NCBI RefSeq assembly: GCF_000737315.1
Contig: NZ_JMCB01000002.1
Span: forward strand, 20,001 to 82,000
Length of the DNA: 62,000 nt
From: Hyalangium minutum
GTDB lineage: Bacteria; Myxococcota; Myxococcia; Myxococcales; Myxococcaceae
Direction: 5' to 3'
Shown here: positions 9,153 to 17,121 of the stretch, in pieces
Position numbering within the stretch: the first letter of the stretch is position 1
How the letters are laid out: each line of letters starts with the position of its first letter
Position numbers and translations under genes: made by a program
The notes under the pieces: generated by a model
What the model was told of the DNA's origin: nothing
The model's database searches: none
The model's input: the letters and a program-made list of their open reading frames with translations, nothing else

Positions 9153-10036
9153 AGTGGCGATTCGCGCTGGTCGCGCTCGCGGGTTTGCTGCTGGTGGTCC
9201 CCTGGGTGTTCACCGTTCGCATCATGATGCGAGACGAAGCTGTGAACCGGCTGCCAGGCGGGGCGCCAGTCAGCCCCGTGCTCTCGCAGGAAGACCGGGC
9301 GAGGCTGATGACCTTCCATCGCGACTGCAAGCAGAGTGATGACTGCGACCCCCCGCTGGGCTGCCGGAAGTACTGGAAGCTGCGAAGGTCGATCTGTACG
9401 GACAGCGAGTGCGTGTCTGACCTCCAATGCTCGGAGGGAGAGACGTGTCAGGTGGTGCCTTCCGAGGGGAACGGGCCCCGGCTGCGCCTCTGTGTTCAGC
9501 AGGGCGTGCGGCAGGAGGGGGAGGCGTGTGACCTCTTTCCTGGGAGTAGCCCGCAAGCCTGCGGGCCAGGGCTGCTCTGCCGCGAAGGCCGCTGCGGACG
9601 GGCTTGCCAGCCCTCAGCGCCCGAGAGCTGCCCGCGGGGGTTCTTCTGCTCGGACAGCCCTGAAGGCTCAGTGTGCCTGCCCACGTGCGAGGAGCAGGGC
9701 TGCCCCGAGGGACAGCAGTGCCTCCGGTTCAACCGCGTGGGGGACCGGAGCGTGTCCGCCTGCGTGAGGGTGCGCGGGGTGAATTGTCAGAAGACTTCCT
9801 GCGCCCAAGGGCAGGAGTGCCGGGTGCTCCATGTCCCCGAGCATCCAGAGGAGGCACATGTGTCCTGTGCCATCCCCTGTGGCTCGGGCCGGCCCTCTTG
9901 CCCGGAGGGCCTCATCTGCCCCCGGTTCTTCTGTGTAAAACCTTGTGACCCACGGGCCGAGGGGATGTGTGGCCCGGATGACGAGTGCCGGCAGCTCAGC
10001 TCGAATGATCCTTGGGCCTGCCGGCCCCTTCTGTAG
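9149..10036 (+). CDS. Membrane-anchored or secreted cysteine-rich repeat protein
   Basis: N-terminal hydrophobic helix, then 32 counted Cys in 295 aa arranged in CxxDxxC/CPxG(x)nC modules. Confidence 0.8.
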   Translation: MKWRFALVALAGLLLVVPWVFTVRIMMRDEAVNRLPGGAPVSPVLSQEDRARLMTFHRDCKQSDDCDPPLGCRKYWKLRRSICTDSECVSDLQCSEGETCQVVPSEGNGPRLRLCVQQGVRQEGEACDLFPGSSPQACGPGLLCREGRCGRACQPSAPESCPRGFFCSDSPEGSVCLPTCEEQGCPEGQQCLRFNRVGDRSVSACVRVRGVNCQKTSCAQGQECRVLHVPEHPEEAHVSCAIPCGSGRPSCPEGLICPRFFCVKPCDPRAEGMCGPDDECRQLSSNDPWACRPLL

Positions 10037-10051
10037 CGTAGGCTCTGGCCC

Positions 10052-10807
10052 GTGGTCCACGTCCTCTTCTTCTCCGACAGACAGGTGCGCGACAAGCTCT
10101 TCGCCCTCGTGGACGGGACGCGAGGGTTGGTGCTCGTGAAGGGCGTGCGCCATGGCAAGGACATGACGCCTCCGCAGGAGCGCGAGCCCTTTGACACCCT
10201 CGATGCCAGCTTCGGCCACGCGCTCACCACCGTCATCGTCGCCGACGAGGGCAGCATCGAGGGCATGTGGCGAGACCCGCTCGGAGACCTCGCCGAGCGT
10301 CTCTACCCGCGCAGCAAGGACGACGCCTATACCGCCGCGAGCAGCTACCTCATCCTCGAGAACGGCCGCCCCCGCGCCGTCGTGCGCAAGCGGGAAACGC
10401 CCCGCGAGGATCTCTGGTACCTCCAGGAGGCGCTCAGCCAGCTCACGTCCCGCATCCCCGCGCCTGACCCCGCTCGCAAGCCGGGCCCTCGCAAGGCCGC
10501 TGCTCCCAAGGCCTCGCGCCGCCCGCCCTCCAACGACCCCACGCCCCCGCGTGGTACCCGCGCCTACGCCTACGCCGAGCCCGAGTTCGAGCCCCCTCCC
10601 GAGCCGCCCGCAATGGACCCCTGGAAGGTGCTCGGCATCGCCCCCGGTACCTCCAAGGACGAGGCCCGTCGCGCCTTCCGCGCGCTCGTAGCCCAGTACC
10701 ACCCGGACAAGGTCGCCCACCTCGCTCCCGAGTTTCAGGAGCTGGCCGAGCGCAAGACGCGCGAGCTCCTCGAGGCCTGGGAGCAGCTCGAGAAGTCGCT
10801 CCCCTGA
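10052..10807 (+). CDS. Protein with C-terminal J domain (DjlA-type)
   Basis: DPWKVLGIAPGTSKDEARRAFRALVAQYHPDKV with intact HPD motif, preceded by a Pro-rich linker and an unassigned N-terminal domain. Confidence 0.85.
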   Translation: MVHVLFFSDRQVRDKLFALVDGTRGLVLVKGVRHGKDMTPPQEREPFDTLDASFGHALTTVIVADEGSIEGMWRDPLGDLAERLYPRSKDDAYTAASSYLILENGRPRAVVRKRETPREDLWYLQEALSQLTSRIPAPDPARKPGPRKAAAPKASRRPPSNDPTPPRGTRAYAYAEPEFEPPPEPPAMDPWKVLGIAPGTSKDEARRAFRALVAQYHPDKVAHLAPEFQELAERKTRELLEAWEQLEKSLP

Positions 10808-10810
10808 GCC

Positions 10811-11797
10811 TCAGCCCTCCGAGGACACGGGCGCGGAGGGCGGCACCGAGTCCTCCAGCGTGAAGCGCCCAATCAGCGGCATGTGGTCCGACAGCCCATG
10901 GAACCGGCTGGTGATGTCCCCGAACGGCCGCGTCTCCTCCATGTCCAGCCACCGCACCCCGCTCCCCGAGAACAGGTGGTCCAGGTGCATGCGCATGTGC
11001 ATGAAGCCCGCCGTGGGAAAGCCTCGGATGGACTTCGGATCAATCTGTCCCACGCACGCCTGCGCGCACGTGAGCCGCGCCTCGTCGCACAGGTACTGGA
11101 ACACGGGCGAGGCTGGCGGCGAGTTGAAGTCCCCGGTCACCACGAACGGCTCGCCCTGCGAGTGCTCCGTCAACAGCGACACCAGCTTGCGCGCCTCGTG
11201 CAGCTGGTTCATCCCGCGCCCCATCTTGTCCTTCGTCGCCCAGAACTCCTTGGCGAACGGCGTGGGCAGGCTCAGGTGCGTGTTGAAGACGTGGAACGCC
11301 CGCCCATCGTCCGCCCGCTGCAGCCGCATGTGCGCGCAGATGCGGCTCTGCTTGCGCTCCTTCAGCCGCTGCACGTGGTGGTAGGTGATTTGAGCCGGCG
11401 CCTCCACGTTGTGCCGGTCCACTCTCAGCGTCTTCCGGTTCACCAGGATGGCCAACCCCGTGGTGTACAGCGAGAAGTCCCACAGCTTGTAGTGGTGCGC
11501 CCGGAAGTAGAAGGCGTCGTAGGGCATCTCGCGGCCCTGGGCCCCGAAGATCTCCACCATGCGCCCCATGAAGGCCTGCAGCTGGGTCTCCCCCGGGTGG
11601 CTCGGCCGGTGGGCCACCGAGCTGCGGAAGGAGCTCGTCTCCACCTCTTGCAGGCAGACGACGTCGGGCAGCGGATTCAACGAGGCAATCGCCGCGGAGA
11701 CCCGGCGCTTGGGGCCCGTGGTGCTCGCCAAGCCGCGAAGCGCATGGCCGAAGTACCGAACGTTGTAGCTCACGAGACGTAAGGATGTGGCAGCCAC
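10811..11797 (-). CDS. Endonuclease/exonuclease/phosphatase (EEP) family protein
   Basis: SYNVR, DVVCLQEV, FNTHL, GDFNS, LDHLF and SDHMP motifs. Confidence 0.92.
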   Translation of the reverse strand: MAATSLRLVSYNVRYFGHALRGLASTTGPKRRVSAAIASLNPLPDVVCLQEVETSSFRSSVAHRPSHPGETQLQAFMGRMVEIFGAQGREMPYDAFYFRAHHYKLWDFSLYTTGLAILVNRKTLRVDRHNVEAPAQITYHHVQRLKERKQSRICAHMRLQRADDGRAFHVFNTHLSLPTPFAKEFWATKDKMGRGMNQLHEARKLVSLLTEHSQGEPFVVTGDFNSPPASPVFQYLCDEARLTCAQACVGQIDPKSIRGFPTAGFMHMRMHLDHLFSGSGVRWLDMEETRPFGDITSRFHGLSDHMPLIGRFTLEDSVPPSAPVSSEG

Positions 11798-11990
11798 GAG
11801 ATGACTTTACCCATGCCGCCCGCTCCGGCTACTCCGGGGCGTCTGGTCCCTTGCCTGCTTTGCGTTCTAGCTGATAGTGGACACTCCGCCCGGGTGCTTC
11901 CGCCCCGGTGAAAAAGTTCCCGCCCCCAGGGTCGGCTGTGCGCGGGGGGGCGCTGAATCGCCCCAGCTCTTCCATTTCAAGGAGTCTCAG

Positions 11991-12548
11991 ATGCGTTCGC
12001 TCAAGTGGGCAGTCGCCGTCGTGGCAGCAACCAGCTTCCTGGGTTGTGGTGGCAACCAGCCCTCCATCTACCGCGTGGCCGTGCAGCGGGTGACCGCGGA
12101 GAACACCCCTGCGGGCTGCTACGTCCCGGGTCAGGCGCCTACCACCATCAACGACAAGTCCACGAACCTCGTGGACCGGCAGCAGTGGGTTCTCTGGGAG
12201 GGTATCGAGGACGCCGTGTACCTGGAGCCCGGGAACATCAACTACAACATTGGCCAGGCCGAGAACGTCGCCATCAGCGCGGACACCATCCAGGGCACCA
12301 AGGCCGACGGCAAGCACACCTTCACCAGCGAGCGCACGCGGAGTGCCCCGAACGAGGTCTACACCACCTCGGCCACCTACACGATCGACAAGCTGGGGAG
12401 CACCATCGAGGGTGCGCTGCTGCTCCGCTCCGTGTGCACGGGAGCGAACTGCGATTTCACGACCGCTTGCGAGGTCACGCTGACCTACTCCGGCATCAAG
12501 ATCGACGCCGACCAGTTCAGCGTCTTCACCCCCAGCCCGGGGACCTGA
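11991..12548 (+). CDS. Lipoprotein, unknown function
   Basis: AAGGAG SD upstream; MRSLKWAVAVVAATSFLGC lipobox; beta-rich mature part. Confidence 0.8.
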   Translation: MRSLKWAVAVVAATSFLGCGGNQPSIYRVAVQRVTAENTPAGCYVPGQAPTTINDKSTNLVDRQQWVLWEGIEDAVYLEPGNINYNIGQAENVAISADTIQGTKADGKHTFTSERTRSAPNEVYTTSATYTIDKLGSTIEGALLLRSVCTGANCDFTTACEVTLTYSGIKIDADQFSVFTPSPGT

Positions 12549-12662
12549 TCCCCTTTGGGCCGCCAGGCCTCTCCGGGCAGGGGAGGCCTGGGCCTCAGGC
12601 AGGCGGAGCGCTCAGTCCAGGCGCGCGTCCGGGCCGAGGATGTTAAAGGTGGGGGTAACACC

Positions 12663-13505
12663 ATGACGCCCACCTCCTCCCGTTTCCGTGGCACCGAGAA
12701 GTACCTCTCCAGCGAGGGCCTCCAGGCCGCCGTCAACTGTGCGCTGACGCTCCAGCGTCCCCTGTTGGTGAAAGGCGAGCCCGGCACCGGAAAGACCCTC
12801 CTGGCCGAGGCCATCTCCGAGGCGCTCGGCATGCGCCTCATCCCCTGGCACGTGAAGAGCACCACCCGCGCCCAGGATGGCCTCTACGTCTACGACACCG
12901 TGCAGCGCCTGTATGACTCGCGCTTCGGCGACGGGGACGTGAAGGACATCCGCCGCTACATCCGCCTGGGGCCTCTGGGCGAGGCCTTCTCCGCGAAGGA
13001 GCGCGTGGTGCTGCTCATCGACGAGGTGGACAAGGCGGACCTCGAGTTCCCCAACGACTTGCTCCACGAGCTGGACCGGATGCGCTTCCGCATCGTGGAG
13101 ACGAACGAGGAGGTGGTGGCCGCGCACCGCCCCGTCGTCATCATCACCAGCAACAACGAGAAGGAGCTGCCGGACGCCTTCCTGCGCCGCTGCGTGTTCC
13201 ACTTCATCGACTTCCCGGACACGGACCTGATGCGCCGCATCGTCGGCGTGCACCACCCGGGGCTGGACGCGGAGCTGGCCGAGCAGGCCCTGAAGGTCTT
13301 CTACGAGCTGCGCGGCTTCTCGCGGCTGCGCAAGCGGCCCACCACCAGCGAGCTCATCGACTGGATCGCCGTGCTCAAGGCCAGCGGCGTGCAGAGCTTC
13401 AAGCTGGATGAGAACCTGCCCTTCCTCGGCGCGCTGCTGAAGAAGGAGCAGGACCTGATGGCGGTGGCCGAGGCGTTCGGCCGGGGCCGCCGGACGCGGG
13501 CCTAA
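12663..13505 (+). CDS. MoxR-family AAA+ ATPase (CoxD-like)
   Basis: Walker A KGEPGTGKT, Walker B LLIDEVDKA, sensor region IITSNNEKELPDAFLRRC. Confidence 0.92.
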   Translation: MTPTSSRFRGTEKYLSSEGLQAAVNCALTLQRPLLVKGEPGTGKTLLAEAISEALGMRLIPWHVKSTTRAQDGLYVYDTVQRLYDSRFGDGDVKDIRRYIRLGPLGEAFSAKERVVLLIDEVDKADLEFPNDLLHELDRMRFRIVETNEEVVAAHRPVVIITSNNEKELPDAFLRRCVFHFIDFPDTDLMRRIVGVHHPGLDAELAEQALKVFYELRGFSRLRKRPTTSELIDWIAVLKASGVQSFKLDENLPFLGALLKKEQDLMAVAEAFGRGRRTRA

Positions 13506-13523
13506 GTCCCGGGAGAGCGCGCC

Positions 13524-14729
13524 ATGTTCCTGCCCTTCCTCTACGAGCTGCGCAAGCGCAACATCCCCGTGGGCACCCAGGAGGCGCTGGCCCTCGCGGG
13601 CGCGTTGCGCGCGGGGCTTCATGACAGCAGCCTCGACGGCTTCTACCACGTGGCGCGCTCGCTGCTGGTGCACTCGGAGGCGCACCTGGACGCCTTTGAT
13701 CAGGCCTTCCTGGCGCACTTCAAGGGCGTGGAGTCCGCGGGCCTGCAGCTGACGCAGGAGCTGATGGACTGGCTTCGCGAGGCCAAGGAGCGGAGGGACC
13801 TCACCCCCGAGGAGCAGGAGCTGCTCAACTCGCTGGATGAGGAGGCCCTGCGGCAGCTCTTCGAGGAGCGGTTGCGCGAGCAGCGCGAGCGCCACGACGG
13901 CGGCAACCGGTGGATCGGCACGGGGGGCACATCGCCCTTCGGCAACGGGGGCCATGGGCAGCAGGGCATGCGCGTGGGCGGCACCGGCGGTCGGCAGGGC
14001 ACTGCTCTCTTCCAGGCCGGCGAGCGCAAGTACCAGGGCTACCGGGACGACGTGGTGCTGGACACCCGTCAGTTGGAGGTGGCGCTGCGCAAGCTGCGGG
14101 CCTTCGCGCGCGAGGGCGCTCCGGACGAGCTGGACGTGGACGAGACGATCAACGCCACGGCGAAGAACGCGGGCGAGCTGGAGGTGGTGACGCGGCCGCC
14201 GCGCCGGCCCAACACGCGCGTGGTGCTGCTGATGGACGTGGGCGGCTCGATGGATCCGTACGCAGCGCTGATGAGCCGGCTCTTCAGCGCGGCCAGCCGG
14301 GCCACGCACTTCAAGGAGCTGCGCACCTACTACTTCCACAACTGCGTCTACGGGAAGCTCTACGCCACCCCGCAGCTCACAGGCGGCACCACGGTGCCGG
14401 ACCTGATTGCGCAGGTGGGCAAGCACCACAAGCTCGTCATCGTGGGCGACGCGTACATGGCGCCTTACGAGCTGGGCATCCGCGCGGATGCCAACGGGCA
14501 CTACTCCCCGGACGGGCTGGAGGGGCTTGTCTGGATGATGCAGTTGGCGCAGCACTTCGAGCGCAGCGCGTGGCTCAACCCCGAGCCGCCTCGCATCTGG
14601 CCCAACAGCACCATCGCCACCATCGGCCGCGTCTTCAACATGTTCCCCCTCACCCTCGAGGGGCTGGGCGAGGCCGTGTCCCACCTCACCAAGGGCCGCA
14701 CCCCCAAGGGCCTCTCCGCCCGCCGCTGA
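13524..14729 (+). CDS. vWA-domain protein (CoxE-like), MoxR partner
   Basis: MIDAS-type LLMDVGGSM, YYFHNCVY and VIVGDAYM motifs; WIGTGGTSPFG linker typical of this family. Confidence 0.88.
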   Translation: MFLPFLYELRKRNIPVGTQEALALAGALRAGLHDSSLDGFYHVARSLLVHSEAHLDAFDQAFLAHFKGVESAGLQLTQELMDWLREAKERRDLTPEEQELLNSLDEEALRQLFEERLREQRERHDGGNRWIGTGGTSPFGNGGHGQQGMRVGGTGGRQGTALFQAGERKYQGYRDDVVLDTRQLEVALRKLRAFAREGAPDELDVDETINATAKNAGELEVVTRPPRRPNTRVVLLMDVGGSMDPYAALMSRLFSAASRATHFKELRTYYFHNCVYGKLYATPQLTGGTTVPDLIAQVGKHHKLVIVGDAYMAPYELGIRADANGHYSPDGLEGLVWMMQLAQHFERSAWLNPEPPRIWPNSTIATIGRVFNMFPLTLEGLGEAVSHLTKGRTPKGLSARR

Positions 14730-14754
14730 GTTGAATTTTCGCGACTGACCCGGG

Positions 14755-16053
14755 ATGCTTGTCTTCATGCCCGTGGGTCTTCTGGCGCCGCAGAGTGATT
14801 CCTTTGCACTGCAGGCATTGGAGCGGCATCGCCGCAGGCGCGAAGAGCAAGGGATTCCCACGTTGACCGTGTTGGTGGGACCCCTGGGACGGTCCAAGGG
14901 CCTCTTTTCCCGCTGGCTCGCCTCGCGTCACCGGCCGCTCTGTACGGTTGTGTCCGCGACCCCAGCCGAAGCTGTTCGTGCTTGGACCGAGGCTCTCGCC
15001 AAGGCGCGGGACCTCCCGGCTGCGGCTGCGGATTTCCTCGGGAACGTGCTGGGCTTCGCCCCAGGGGCTCTGCGAGCCCGGTTGGAAGGCAAGACGGCCT
15101 ACGAGCGGGACGTGTTGCTTCAGGAGCTCCTGCCTGCGGCACCCGTGGGAGATTCCGGCCCCCTGTGCAGGCTGCTTTTGCTCTCTTCGGAGGTGCCAGC
15201 TCCTGGGGCTCTCTTCGAGCCGCTGCTCCGCGGTTATGGAGGGGACCCCGCTCGCACTTTCTCGGCGCTGCACGCCATCCTTCCCGCAGGGACGGCTCCG
15301 GCGCTCTTGCTGACGGGCTCCGGGGCAGAGGGGTGTGCGCGTGCTTCCAGAGCCGCAGCCAATCTCTGCGAGGCCGTGCCCGTGTTGCCCATCGCGCTCA
15401 GCGTGGAGCGGACCTGGGTCGACGCGTTCCTGGCAGGCCCTGAGAGTCGCTCACTCGCCATGGTCCGCGAGGGGCTCATCGAGGTGGCAGCGCCTTCACC
15501 TCAGGCTTTGCAGCGGAGGTTGGAGGAACTGGGCGTCCGCGACACCGAGCTTCTCGCTGCGCCCCTGGCCCAGCTTGCCGAGGATGGCGCCTCGGATGAG
15601 CTGGTGACCCGCTTTGGCCGGGCAGCGCTGGCTCGGGAAGCCGCTGCCCGCGAACCTTCCGGAGCCAGCCGCGCCCGGAGCGCCGAAGAGGAGTTCCTGC
15701 ACCTGCTCTTGGAAGAGATTCCAGAGACGCAAGGCCTCTTCGAGCTCAATCAGAGGGCAGGATTCCTCATCCAGGGCCGACCTGTCGAGGTGGATTTCCT
15801 GTCACTGACCTTGCGTGTGGCGATAGAGGTCGACGGTTACTATCACTTCCGGGACAAGGAAGCCTATCGGCGCGACCGCCGAAAGGATTTGGCGCTCCAG
15901 CGAGAAGGCTATCTGGTGCTCCGGTTCCTGGCGGACGATGTGGTGGAGCGGTTTCGCGAGATTCGCGATACACTCTTGGAGGTCGTGGCCCACAGGCGCG
16001 ACCCGTCAAGGCGGCAACCGCCGCTGGGGGAGGATGCAGATGGTGGGGAGTGA
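14755..16053 (+). CDS. Protein with C-terminal DUF559 (Vsr-like) endonuclease domain
   Basis: ARSAEEEFL...EVDFLSLTLRVAIEVDGYYH...RDRRKDLALQREGYLVLRF matches the DUF559 pattern. The N-terminal ~300 aa are unassigned. Confidence 0.85.
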   Translation: MLVFMPVGLLAPQSDSFALQALERHRRRREEQGIPTLTVLVGPLGRSKGLFSRWLASRHRPLCTVVSATPAEAVRAWTEALAKARDLPAAAADFLGNVLGFAPGALRARLEGKTAYERDVLLQELLPAAPVGDSGPLCRLLLLSSEVPAPGALFEPLLRGYGGDPARTFSALHAILPAGTAPALLLTGSGAEGCARASRAAANLCEAVPVLPIALSVERTWVDAFLAGPESRSLAMVREGLIEVAAPSPQALQRRLEELGVRDTELLAAPLAQLAEDGASDELVTRFGRAALAREAAAREPSGASRARSAEEEFLHLLLEEIPETQGLFELNQRAGFLIQGRPVEVDFLSLTLRVAIEVDGYYHFRDKEAYRRDRRKDLALQREGYLVLRFLADDVVERFREIRDTLLEVVAHRRDPSRRQPPLGEDADGGE

Positions 16054-17080
16054 AGTGTCTCATGTTGGAGATCTGGCACTCGCCTGGTTGCTGACACGCG
16101 CGGAGGGGAAGGGGGCTCGGAGTGACCTGGCCCGTGCGTTGAAGCCTCTCACGGACCACCGCTGGAGCAGTGGGGAGTGGAACACCCGGTTGGAGGGGCT
16201 GCTGGAGCAGCTCGTTCACGAGGGGCTCGTGCAGCAGAACGCTCGCAAGGGACTGACCCTCACCCCGCAGGGACGCACGCGGGCCCTGGCGGCCTTGCGC
16301 CTGGAGCGCCTGCCCAAGGGAACCACCTGGAAACAGCTCAAGCGGACTCACCTGGTGGCGCTGGCCTTGGGGCTGGCTCCTTCGCCGTCGACGCTGGCTC
16401 GGCTGGGCCGCGCGGATGGCATGCGCGCGGTGCTCGTGCAGAAGCAGCTCGGGCTCCCGGCTCCCGGCTCCCAAAGCCTCGCGCAGGTCCGGGATGCCTT
16501 GTGCTGGCGGCAGCTGGGCGTGGAGACGGACAAGCCTTTCACGCTGGCGGCCGTTCAGTCGGTGTTGCTCAGCCGGGCGCTGGAGGCCACGCGCGAGCTC
16601 GCTCCCTCGCAGGCGCTGCACCAGCTCGCCGCCAGGAGCGTGGGCGCGCGGCGGACGGACCCGGAGAGTCTCCGGCTGGCCACGCTGCGGGCCTGGGCAC
16701 TGCCTTTCGGGGAGCCCGCTCCGGCTCAGCCCCGTGCTCCAGACAGCGCCTCCGCCCCTCCGAGCGCCGCCGCCACGGGAGCGGAAGCCACTCGCCAGGA
16801 CGAGGGCCTGCACCACTTCGCGGAGCGCGTCTTGCAGGTAGCCCGTGGCGCGACAGAAGGACGTTTTGGAGATGACCGGGTCTTCATCTCTCACGTCTGG
16901 CGGGCCATGCAGGCGCCCGGCCTGGACGAGCAGTCCTTCAAGCGCCGCCTCATCGAAGCCAACCAGAAGCGGCTCCTGTCCCTGAGCCGCGCCGACATGG
17001 TGGAGCTGATGGACCCCACGGAGCTCTCCGCTTCGGAGACCCGGCACCTGGGCGCCACCTTCCACTTCATTGCGTTGTAG
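16040..17080 (+). CDS. Hypothetical protein with N-terminal winged-helix-like domain
   Basis: GGAGG SD 6 nt before ATG 16040; start overlaps the upstream stop. LEQLVHEGLVQQNARKGLTLTPQGR is a typical wHTH wing; compact C-terminal domain RVFISHVW...TFHFIAL. Confidence 0.75.
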   Translation: MVGSEVSHVGDLALAWLLTRAEGKGARSDLARALKPLTDHRWSSGEWNTRLEGLLEQLVHEGLVQQNARKGLTLTPQGRTRALAALRLERLPKGTTWKQLKRTHLVALALGLAPSPSTLARLGRADGMRAVLVQKQLGLPAPGSQSLAQVRDALCWRQLGVETDKPFTLAAVQSVLLSRALEATRELAPSQALHQLAARSVGARRTDPESLRLATLRAWALPFGEPAPAQPRAPDSASAPPSAAATGAEATRQDEGLHHFAERVLQVARGATEGRFGDDRVFISHVWRAMQAPGLDEQSFKRRLIEANQKRLLSLSRADMVELMDPTELSASETRHLGATFHFIAL

Positions 17081-17121
17081 CCGCAGCTCACCCCGCCGTA
17101 CGGGCTTGAGAACCGCCGCTC

